The notes beneath the pieces are model-generated. The model did no database searches. It was given only the letters and a program-made list of their open reading frames with translations, and was not told the origin of the DNA. Made by a program: the position numbers and the translations under genes. Shown here piece after piece: positions 27,427 to 37,154 of a stretch of 64,000 nucleotides of DNA; position 1 is the stretch's first letter, and each line of letters starts with the position of its first letter. The stretch comes from Schmidtea polychroa (Eukaryota), in NCBI GenBank assembly GCA_044892525.1, contig CM097885.1, positions 72,416,001 to 72,480,000 on the forward strand. Direction: 5' to 3'.

Positions 27427-28222
27427 AGTAGTGTGTATATAGCCCTAACCCAAACAACCCTCCCAACAAAAACATACCTCCATTACGCTTAAACTATTAG
27501 AAAACAACCCAAAACTTATACTTTTATAGTATTTTAACCCTATATTTTTGAAAACAACCACCCTTAATCTTTAAAGCCTCAAACTCAAAAGCTTCAAACT
27601 AAAAAGAGAATAGAAAAGAAAATGGCATTATGAAAAAGTTAGAGGGCTATTTGGGATAGGACTATATACACACTACTTTTGATCGCAATCAAACTCCGGA
27701 GTTGATCTTTATCAGATTATTGATTTTAAATTATATAAATTAAAAAATAAATGAAAAATAGTAAAACTGCTCTGAGGGGAGAGTGGTATTTTTTTTTTCA
27801 CTGTCCCCTCAACAGTTTTTTTGATCCGGATCATTTCAACCTCTTTCGTTTATCAAATCTCTTCTAATATACAAGCTGGCCAGACTCATACATCAGAATC
27901 AATCCGATAATAGCAGCACACCTTATTATTCGCTTCTCGCTCGAATACGATTTCATCGGCGTTTTAAGCGAACGATAATTACCGGTTCGCCACCATCACC
28001 CGTTTCAATAATTTTTTTTTCATATTTATGTTTAAAAAATAAAATAAATAAAATAAAATAAAAATAAATAAAATATACAACTACTTTATAAATCTAAGAT
28101 ACCCACACTATTATTTTCAAATTTTTAATATTATTTTATGTTGAAAAAAAACTAACCACAGTTAGGATTTGAACCACCATCCATTTGAACCACTGTGCCA
28201 GTCTAGCCCACTGCGCTATTAG
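27427..28222 (+). repeat. left terminal inverted repeat (~796 bp)
   Basis: Reverse complement of 40691-41600 apart from substitutions and one ~115-bp indel. Confidence 0.95.
28144..28222 (-). ncRNA. tRNA-like Pol III unit in left TIR
   Basis: Minus strand: A box TAGCGCAGTGG, B-box motifs GGTTCAAATGG and GGTTCAAATCC, then a run of Ts. Not a full cloverleaf. Confidence 0.55.
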
Positions 28223-28343
28223 ACTTTGGATTTTTATTTATAAAATTCTAAAAATTAGACTGTCACATTATGAAAATGAATAATATATAAATTTAAAAAA
28301 TAAAATGAAAACAGGGTATCCAATAAAAAATTTTTTTCTAAAA

Positions 28344-31300
28344 ATGAATTGTAATATTTGTAATAAAGTTTTTAAAAAAAAACTGGATTAATTTCTCACT
28401 TAAAATCGAAAGCTCATTTATTAAAAGAAAATATTCTTAATGATACAAATTCAAAACTTTGTCCTAAATGTAAAGGAAGATTTCTACATTCTGGATATAA
28501 TAAACATTTTGAAAATTGTATTGGGAAAAATAGAGAAATATTTACATGTCCTCATTGTAACTTTTCAACAAAACTAAATTTCTATTATTTAGAACATATA
28601 AAAGAATGTAAAAATAAAAAACAAAATTCTGACGATGAGGAATGTCATTCAGAAGGAGAACCTGATCATGTTGAAAGAGAAAAATATAACTGGGATAATT
28701 TTAATCATATAGATGAATTTCAATTAAAAATTAATGGACCTGCAACTCCTGGAGAATATATAAATAAAAATAAAAAAAATATTAAAATTTCTTTCACTGA
28801 AGCTTTAAAAAATTATAAACCGACAAGGTATAATGTTATAAAATATAAAATTATAATCAAAGCAAAATACTGGCGAGGAGCAGAAGAAAAGACAACACCC
28901 TTAGATGTTGAAATTGGAATACCTTTTAAATATTTATTTTCAACTAAAGGATTTGATAAAACCATCAAAGAAATAATTAAAGCAGCAGAAGCAAAACAAG
29001 AGGAAGTAGAAAATGAATTAGGAGATTCAAACTTAGTATTCAACTCTTTCCAAACTTTAGTGATTGATTATTGGAGAGGATTACCACCCAATCCTAAATC
29101 TTATATTCCTACACCCTTTAAATCTAAAAATGTTATAAACATACAGAATAATGATAACAAATGTTTCGTCTGGTCAATACTTGCACATTTACACCCTCAA
29201 GAATCAAACCCTCAAAGAGTTTCAAAATACAAACAATATGAAAATGAATTAATATTTCCCAAAGGATTCAAACATCCAATGAAACTAGAAGACATTCCAA
29301 AATTTGAAAGTTTAAATAATCTTAAAATTAATATTTATGAACGGGTTAAAGGGAAAAATATTAAAAGTAGAGAAATTATTCCAATTTACATTTCTGATAG
29401 TGGAACCGATAACCCTAGAGAAATATATCTTTTAATCTTGGAACAACAAAATAATCAACATTATGTTTTAATAAAAAACTTTCAAGCTTTTACATCACCA
29501 GAGAATCCAACTAGTGGAGGAGGAACATGTAAAAGATGTCTTCATTATTCAACAACTAAAAACTCTATGATTAAACATACAAGATTTTGTGAAAAAGATG
29601 AACCAGCTTTAATTAACATGCCTACAGATCCCAAGATGAATTTTAAAAACTTTTCAAATTTACTACAAACAGTAGGAGTGGTTTATGGAGACTTTGAATC
29701 TATAAATCGTAAACAAGATTTGGTTAACCAATATTTAAAAATAATAGAAAAAAATAAACTCATGGATTCCTGGAACTCCTCAGGAGAGAAGATGAAACCA
29801 GAGAGGATGAAAGCCTTTCTAAGAAAAAGGAATAAACCTAATAGTGTTAAAAAAACTAAACAATTACCATCTGCTTATAAATTATTATTTAAAAGTAATT
29901 ATCCTGAACTCATAGAATCTAGAGAATATACATTTCGAGGAATTTCAGAAACAGAAGTCTTGAATCATTTTACTAAAAGTATAAATGATCTAGAACATGA
30001 AATATTTAAAGTATTAAAAACAAACTATCCTCAAAATATTTCTAATCAACAACAACAAGAATATGAAAACACTTCCAACTGTTGGATGTGTAAACAACCA
30101 TTTGAAGAGTCTCCGAATATAAAAGTCCTCGATCATGATCATTTAAAAAAGGAAAATAATTATCGAGGAGCAGCTCATAAAAATTGCAATCTTAATTGTC
30201 ATACTCCTAAATTTGTACCTGTTATATTTCATAATCTTTTTGGTTATGACATACATCTATTTATTAAACATTTAGCAGAAAATGCTAAAAACTCTTTCAA
30301 AGTTATAGGACTTACAAAGGAAAAATATAAATCAATTGAATATGGAAAATTAAAATTTATAGACTCGTTAAACTTTCTCCAAATGTCTCTAGATACAGTA
30401 GCAAAAACAATGAAACCAGAAAATTTTAAAATCACTCGAGAATTCTTGGAAAAAAATAATATTCCTCCAGAAGAATATCCTACATGCTTAGCAAAAGGAA
30501 TATATCCTTATGACTATGTTGACTCGTTTGAAAAATATAATGAAACAAGTCTTCCTAGCCAAGAAGATTTCTCTTCACAACTTCAAAAATATCATATTAC
30601 AAATCAAGAATATTCTCGAGCAAATAAAATGTGGGAATTATTCAACTGTAAAACTTTAGGAGAATATACATGTATGTATTTATCCTTGGATGTTTATATT
30701 CTAGCAGATTGCTTTGAAGAATTTACAAAGTCTTCTGTTCTTAAACCTTACAATTATATAACAGCACCCTCTTTAGCTTGGGATACTTTATTATATACCA
30801 TTTGGACTTCAAATATAGAAGAAGGTGATAAAATTATAGATCTTTTAACTAACCTCGATATGTTTAACCAAATTAAAACAAACATTAGAGGAGGAGTCTC
30901 TTCAGTAATGGGGAATAGAGAAATAAAAGCTAGAAATGCAATAACTACTAGCAGAAGACTCTCTAAACACCCTAATGATCCATATATAAAAATTAACAAT
31001 GAGGAATTAAAAGAATTATTAGAAACAATGAAAAATCCTATATTTATACTTTATATAGATGCAACAGCTTTATATTCAGGAATTATGACTCAATATTTAC
31101 CAATGGGTAACTTTCATGAATTATATCCTTCAGAAGAATACCCTGAAGATTCCTCAGAAGAATCCTTAAAAGACCTTATAAAAGAAATACTTTCAACACC
31201 TAAAGATTCTCCAATAGGTTACTTTGTAGAATGTGACTTATTATATCCAGATGATATAAAATCAGGAACAAGATATTTCCCTTTAGCTCCTGTAAGAAGA

Positions 31301-32680
31301 AAGATTAATGTTAACGAACTTTCTGAATGGCAAATCTCACAAGATAAACCTCCAACAATGAAACTTCTTTGTGATCAAACAGATCGAAGGTTTTATCTTT
31401 GTCACTATAGACTCCTCCAATTTTATCTTTCACGAGGTATGATATTAAAAAAAGTTCATAGTGTCATAAGATTTAAACAAGCTCCATTCATGAAAGCTTT
31501 TATCGAGGAGAATATTAGGTGCCAAAACATTGCAAAAAGAGAAGGTAACCTTTTTAAAGATAATAATTATAAACTTTTAAACAATTCAGTCTTTGGGAAA
31601 ACAATGGAGAATGTTGATAAATATACTCATATTGAACTTTTAACTAATACTACCAAAGATATTAAGCGCTATAATCGTATGCTAGGAAAGCCTACATTTA
31701 AAAACGCACAAGTATTTTCTGAAAATCTTACTGCAATAGAACTAAAGAATTTTGAGAAAACATACAACAAACCAATATTTATAGGGTTTTCAATTTTAGA
31801 ACTTTCAAAATTACAAATGTATGAAACATATTATAACATCTTACAACCTATATATGGTTCTAATATATCAATGCATGCAATGGATACAGATTCAATGTTT
31901 TTAACAATAAGAACTCATGATTTACAAAGAGATATAGCCGAAAATCCTATACTTTCAAATTTAATAAATTCATCTGGAGAATTATTTTCGTTTAAAGATG
32001 AAAAACCTTTTACTCCTATAGAAAATGGAATATTTATTCGTTCTAAACAATATTCATACGAAACATTTAGAAACCCTGAATTTATAACTAGATCATTTAT
32101 ATTTAAAACTCCAGAAACAGAAGAAACCATTACACATAGATATCCTATATTTCCTAAAGAACCAGAGGGACAAGAAGAAAAACCTGTAAAGGATAACAGA
32201 TGTAAAGGAATACAGAAATCAGTTGCAAAGAATCTTTCTCATCAAGATTATATAGATACATTGAATCCAAATCATAAAGATAAAATTGATGAAATACATC
32301 AACTTAAAAGTGAAAACCATGATATTCACTTGATAGAATCTCAAAAAGTATCATTATCAAATTATGATGATAAAAGATTCATCCTAAGTGATTTAAAGAC
32401 AACTCTACCTATAGGAAATAATTTAATACCGATAATAAAAAATCTAGAAAAGTTGAATAAGTTATATGATACAAAAATTACTGATCTTGATATTTATAAT
32501 GTTGAAATCATTTATCCCGAGAGAGAAATCGAGAAGCCTTTATATTCTCAAGTTTTTAATCCTATATGTTTAGAACTTAAATATTTTAATACTGATCCTG
32601 AATATATAAAAGGTCTAAGTGATAAAGAATTTAAAGATCATAAATTAATGATTCAAAGGTTGGCTTTCAACGATATTTAA
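28344..32680 (+). CDS. polB: protein-primed family B DNA polymerase with N-terminal zinc fingers, OTU-like protease and endonuclease VII insertion (frameshift at 28374-28382)
   Basis: Exo motifs VYGDFES, FHNLFGYD, IDSLNF and LDVYILAD; Pol motifs YIDATALY, KLLNNSVFGK and MDTDS. The frame is open without a start codon from 28376 to the GTG at 29060; the ATG at 28344 is in another frame. Confidence 0.95.
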
Positions 32681-32758
32681 TTTTTTAATAATAAAATGTC
32701 GACAATTAATTTAAGCAACTATAGCAACCTGATCTACTTTTTTAAAAATACACCCATT

Positions 32759-33367
32759 TTATAAATAAGAATTCTTTAACCATTTCTCTCGTTTAATTTT
32801 TTTAGAATATTCATTAGTTATATCATTAGCGCTTTTTAATCTATTAATATTATTTTTAATATCTTGTATTATTTGATTTGATTTCATTATTTCATCATCA
32901 GTTAAGATTCCATCTTCCAAAGCTTTTAATTGAAATAAAAATAATTTAGAGATTCCAAATTCTATTGATAAACAAACTTCACGATATAAACATTTCTTTT
33001 TAGAAGTATAAGATAATGAAACTATTTCAGTTAGGAAACCATCAGCTACAGAAATACTTCCAAGTATTACTGGTGCAAGAGTAACAACTGGTAAAGTTAT
33101 AGGTAAAATAACTGTTAATATTGCAGATGCAAATCCTAAAGAATAACCTATAACTTTTAAAACTGTATTCCCTTTATTCCATCTATTTTTAATTTTTTTA
33201 TAATGCTTTAATAAATCTTGTAAATGTAAGGTTTCTGATTTAAATTCTTTTACTCTCATAATTTCAAGTTCTGTGGGAGCCGAGACCTTGGAACCTTTGT
33301 GACCTTCGGAATAATATCCTGATGATCTCACTTCTGGGTAAATTTTTTCTTCTCTTACTTCTTCCAT
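32759..33367 (-). CDS. Maverick protein with hydrophobic hairpin (putative membrane protein, 202 aa)
   Basis: VLKVIGYSLGFASAILTVILPITLPVVTLAPVILGSISVA hydrophobic stretch; KALEDGILTDDE tail. Confidence 0.75.
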   Translation of the reverse strand: MEEVREEKIYPEVRSSGYYSEGHKGSKVSAPTELEIMRVKEFKSETLHLQDLLKHYKKIKNRWNKGNTVLKVIGYSLGFASAILTVILPITLPVVTLAPVILGSISVADGFLTEIVSLSYTSKKKCLYREVCLSIEFGISKLFLFQLKALEDGILTDDEIMKSNQIIQDIKNNINRLKSANDITNEYSKKIKREKWLKNSYL

Positions 33368-33375
33368 TTTAATAA

Positions 33376-33687
33376 TTAAAAAAATAAGATTTTATTATCT
33401 GGTACCAATACTCGGATATCAAAAGAAACTCTTGTTGAGAGGATATCTTTATACAATTCTCTCAATGCTTTACGAACTTCATCAACATCAACCTTTTTTT
33501 CATAAAATATTAAATCTATATATTGTACAAGTGTGCTTTTAAAAATAATATTCTTACTTTTAACTTTATGTAGTCCATGTGAATGAGTATTAACATACCA
33601 ATCTCCGTGTGGTAAATCATAACTAGTCATTATAACATCACCCTTTTCAAGCTTACTATTATAATCACATTTCACAAACCATTTCAT
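33376..33687 (-). CDS. Maverick hypothetical protein (103 aa; may be the C-terminal head of the fibre gene)
   Basis: Intact ORF with ATGA overlap on the upstream stop; frame stays open 11 codons upstream of the ATG. Confidence 0.6.
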   Translation of the reverse strand: MKWFVKCDYNSKLEKGDVIMTSYDLPHGDWYVNTHSHGLHKVKSKNIIFKSTLVQYIDLIFYEKKVDVDEVRKALRELYKDILSTRVSFDIRVLVPDNKILFF

Positions 33688-34403
33688 TCTTTCATTATCA
33701 TCATCAAATAAAAATAAGGATCAATAATCTTTACAACCATAAAAACACCCCATTCTTTACTGTTTGTTGTTATTAAACTTGGTTCTATAAAATGTTTATA
33801 TGTATGGGGTAATAATGTTTTATTCTGTTCTAATTCAGCAGCTCTTTTTCTAATACTATGTGTGGTGTTAATGTGTGTTCCATGAGACTCTAAATTTGAA
33901 ATTCTTTTATTAAATGATGTAATCATCTCATTTATTATATTATATATTGTATTAAATTTAGTATTCATAATTTGTTTATCTTTAGAATTTAATATGCTAG
34001 TATTTAACTTTACAACTTGTTCAGTTAACAGACTTTGTAACTTGTCAAATTTATCATTAAATCGTTGTTCGATATTATTAAGCTTTGATTCCATCAAAGA
34101 ATTAACTTTGGATTCTATCAAGGTATCAATTTTTGTTGTTAATGAACTTTCAATTCTTGTTGTTGTTAAATCAGTATAATTTTTAACAACTACCTTTGCT
34201 TCCTCTACATATTTTTTATTAACTGCATCAAAATCATCAGTTGGTAAAGATAATTCTTTTATCTTGTGTCCATTTAAAATTAAATCTCCTTTCATTGAAT
34301 CACCTCTTTCATTAATATATCTCTTTTCTGTAAGAGATATAACATCTTCATCTTTTAATCCATCATTATATAATCCAAACTTATTATAATTAGCATAATT
34401 CAT
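33684..34403 (-). CDS. fibre/spike-like protein (239 aa)
   Basis: RGDSMKGDLILNGHKIKELSLPTDDFDAVNKKYVE resembles the GDxMxGxLxMxxxKIxxLxxPxxxxDAxxKxYV tail-fibre repeat, followed by a heptad-like helical segment. Confidence 0.6.
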   Translation of the reverse strand: MNYANYNKFGLYNDGLKDEDVISLTEKRYINERGDSMKGDLILNGHKIKELSLPTDDFDAVNKKYVEEAKVVVKNYTDLTTTRIESSLTTKIDTLIESKVNSLMESKLNNIEQRFNDKFDKLQSLLTEQVVKLNTSILNSKDKQIMNTKFNTIYNIINEMITSFNKRISNLESHGTHINTTHSIRKRAAELEQNKTLLPHTYKHFIEPSLITTNSKEWGVFMVVKIIDPYFYLMMIMKE

Positions 34404-34440
34404 TTTTATAGCAATAAAAATAAAATCCTTAGACGTCCCT

Positions 34441-35218
34441 CTAGACTTGTTTCAAATGTAAACACATTGAAATCTTTTCCCTATTAAAATTAATTAATTC
34501 CCCATTTTCATCAACAATTCTAAAACTAATATCCATTATATTTTTTCTACATAATGGTAAATAATTTGGGGGGTTCATTCTTTCAACCATTTTATATCCA
34601 ACTCGCACGGTATTAGAAGGAAAGGAATATAAAATATTTGCATGTTTACCATTATTGTATGATCCCATTATACAATCACACTCTATATTTATAGAATTTG
34701 TATTTGTTAATTGTATAATATATTTAGATTTAATAGGTGAAGGCGCTGTTGTTGATGGCATATATGTTTTAACTTCAAAACCTAAAATAGTATGAAAGAA
34801 ACTAGAAGTAGTAAAGTCCAACATTTTTTAAAGTTGCAATACATTTTGAAGTTTGTACATCTGCTTTTATTTCTACATTTCCATTTGTTTTTTTTAAAAT
34901 TGTTTTAGCTAAATCTGTTATTTCATATGATCCTGGTTCGATTGTTATAATGATGAATTCATTCATGGGTGGTGTGTCAGTCGCCTTAAGCATATTAAAT
35001 TTATTATTATTATTATTTATATTAAAAATAGTATTAAAACAGCTAAACCACAAGAGTCCTAATTCATAATTTAAATCTTGATCTAAATTTATTGAATCTT
35101 CAAAATTTATAGTAAAATCTGATTCTTTTGAATTTATTAATAAATTTCTTGAATATTTATGTGACATTATGTTTGCTATTTTTTTTAAATAATCTTCCGG
35201 AAGGTTGCGAAGCTCCAT
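34441..35218 (-). CDS. minor capsid protein (penton, single jelly roll), split by frameshift near 34824
   Basis: N-part: DFTINFEDSINLD, YELGL, ITIEPGSYEITDL. C-part: DFT..FHTILGF, INIECDCIMGSY, ILYSF, ISFRIVDENGELINFNRE. Positioned next to the protease. Confidence 0.85.
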
Positions 35219-35649
35219 TTTAATAGTAGAGATTTTAAATCATTATAAATTTCTTGGATTAAGGAAGTGAAACCTTCTCCTTTGGATTTATTCAATCTAT
35301 ACAAAACATATAAGCTTAAAATACCACATATTTTAGTATTATTAGGTTGAACTTGTAAAGAATTAAAAGTGTAGTCCTTCGAGAGATAGTCTTCAACTTC
35401 TTTAGTAGGTTTAATCCCAAAAGAATCAAAGTATATAGATTTATTATATATACAAACCCAATGAGATCCTTTTTCATTTGAATTTTGATAATTGATTATT
35501 ATATTATTCTCTTTCAGACTCGACAATTCATCATTCATTAATATTTTTATTTTTAAATTTAAATAATTTGCATAATCTTTTAAATCAAAATTTGTTTTTG
35601 CATTTATTCCAAATGTTTTTAAAAAATCTAATATTGAAGGACAAGTCAT
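35185..35649 (-). CDS. adenain-like cysteine maturation protease (154 aa)
   Basis: GSHWVC (His), YFDSFG (Asp), QVQ...ICG (oxyanion Gln and catalytic Cys). Confidence 0.92.
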   Translation of the reverse strand: MTCPSILDFLKTFGINAKTNFDLKDYANYLNLKIKILMNDELSSLKENNIIINYQNSNEKGSHWVCIYNKSIYFDSFGIKPTKEVEDYLSKDYTFNSLQVQPNNTKICGILSLYVLYRLNKSKGEGFTSLIQEIYNDLKSLLLKWSFATFRKII

Positions 35650-35657
35650 TTTGTATT

Positions 35658-36539
35658 TTATAACTTCGTATATTTATTAAATTTATCTTTTGAAATTATT
35701 CCTTGTTTTAACAAATCTTTAGAAATCTTTAAAATATCAGAATCTAAATTATTATGTCCTGCTTTCCTTGCAGATAATAGTTTTCTTAATTCAATAAAAA
35801 GATTGATTGGGTTTGGTTCAACCAATCCCTCACCCTCTGTAACAACATAACCCTTTTCATTTTTATTTAAATAATTCTTTAAATCTTGAATATATTTTGC
35901 TTTAGAACTAGCTCTTATTAATCTTATTAAATTTAAATATTTTTTAATTTCTTCAACATCATCTGAAGAATATCCACAAAGTAATCTATAAAAATCATCT
36001 GTAAATTCAAAGTCTAAATATTCATTATTATAAACATTTTGTGAATGAATACGTGATTTATTTTCTGAATTTGAATATAAAGTAAAGTTTTGTTTATTAA
36101 TTGTTATTATTTGATATCCTTCAGTATTAGTATTAAATGTGGGTCTAATTGAAGGAGGTAAATCATCTCTAATTTTAGGATCAACTTTAAGAGGTTTTGT
36201 TTTGAAAAACATTTCTTCTTCTTCCACATTAGAAATTCTTCTGCGTTTTCTTTGATTTCTTTCAGAATGACTTTCAGGATGGTTTTCACTGGATTCTTTT
36301 TCTTTATCCTGCCACTCTAGTTCTTTTATTTTTTGTTTTTTATCTTCTAACTCTTTAAATTTTGCTTGCTCATTGAAATCTTCCAACTCTTTTATAGCTT
36401 TAATTGTTGGCCCCTGTTGTTGTGTTATTACCTCATTTAATATTATAGATTCAGCATGTTGAGTTGTATTTTTTTTATTATATTTATCTTGTTCTGATTG
36501 TAATTTTTTTAAAAGTGCTAATCTTTCTTCATATACCAT
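35658..36539 (-). CDS. conserved Maverick protein of unknown function (293 aa)
   Basis: Intact ORF; C-terminal LRKLLSARKAGHNNL...LLKQGIIS resembles a recurrent Polinton helical motif; GEG|L candidate cleavage site. Confidence 0.7.
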   Translation of the reverse strand: MVYEERLALLKKLQSEQDKYNKKNTTQHAESIILNEVITQQQGPTIKAIKELEDFNEQAKFKELEDKKQKIKELEWQDKEKESSENHPESHSERNQRKRRRISNVEEEEMFFKTKPLKVDPKIRDDLPPSIRPTFNTNTEGYQIITINKQNFTLYSNSENKSRIHSQNVYNNEYLDFEFTDDFYRLLCGYSSDDVEEIKKYLNLIRLIRASSKAKYIQDLKNYLNKNEKGYVVTEGEGLVEPNPINLFIELRKLLSARKAGHNNLDSDILKISKDLLKQGIISKDKFNKYTKL

Positions 36540-36578
36540 TTTAATGGTATCAAAAATGGTATCATAGTTCGAAGGGCT

Positions 36579-37121
36579 TCAAGTATAATCCTTTACCATT
36601 TTTAGTTTTACAAAGCATCCATTCTTTAAAGATTTACATATTTTTTTTAAATCTTCTTTATCTTTTGAAGATAAAGATTCAGATGTAGAAATTTGATTTT
36701 TTAAAAATTCATTTAAACCTCTACCTTTATAAGGATCAAGATAGAGACCTTTGCCCTGAGACTTTTGCCGACTCCCCTCATATGGATTAAGATAGAGACC
36801 CTTTCCAACGGACACTCCCCCTTTAGCTTGCCCTACCTTCTTCATTGAATTGATTTCAGTTTGTAGTTTTTCTTTTTCTAGGTCTGTCTTTTGAGATTCT
36901 TTAGCTTTTTGAACTGTAGTTGCAATTCCTCCAGCTATTCCAGCAGCACCTGATAAACCAGCAATGATTGCAGGTATTAAAGCAGCTAATGGAAGAACGC
37001 CACCTTCTTTAGCTTCGTGGAGCTTCGCTCTAACTTGTTCTTTTACATGTTTTCCAATAAAATATTTTTTACCATCAATTACTACTGATTTATTTTTATT
37101 TGAATTTATTAATTCTTGCAA
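36579..37121 (-). CDS. putative virion core / membrane-lytic precursor (180 aa)
   Basis: EGG|VLPLAALIPAIIAGLSGAAGIAGGIATTVQKAK Gly/Ala-rich hydrophobic helix; repeated GKG|LYLxPY and GRG|L sites. Confidence 0.7.
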   Translation of the reverse strand: MQELINSNKNKSVVIDGKKYFIGKHVKEQVRAKLHEAKEGGVLPLAALIPAIIAGLSGAAGIAGGIATTVQKAKESQKTDLEKEKLQTEINSMKKVGQAKGGVSVGKGLYLNPYEGSRQKSQGKGLYLDPYKGRGLNEFLKNQISTSESLSSKDKEDLKKICKSLKNGCFVKLKMVKDYT

Positions 37122-37154
37122 AGATTCTTCAGTTGTTATTTTATAATAAATAAA

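Noticed and set aside
27427-27475. N-terminus MFLLGGLFGLGLYTHYW of the 265-aa ORF (and ORF 41552-41857)
   Set aside because: Read-through from the Maverick TIR into gypsy sequence or N gap; not a real start.
28144-28222. Bona fide tRNA gene
   Set aside because: No 7-bp acceptor stem, no anticodon arm and a poor T stem; kept only as a tRNA-like Pol III unit.
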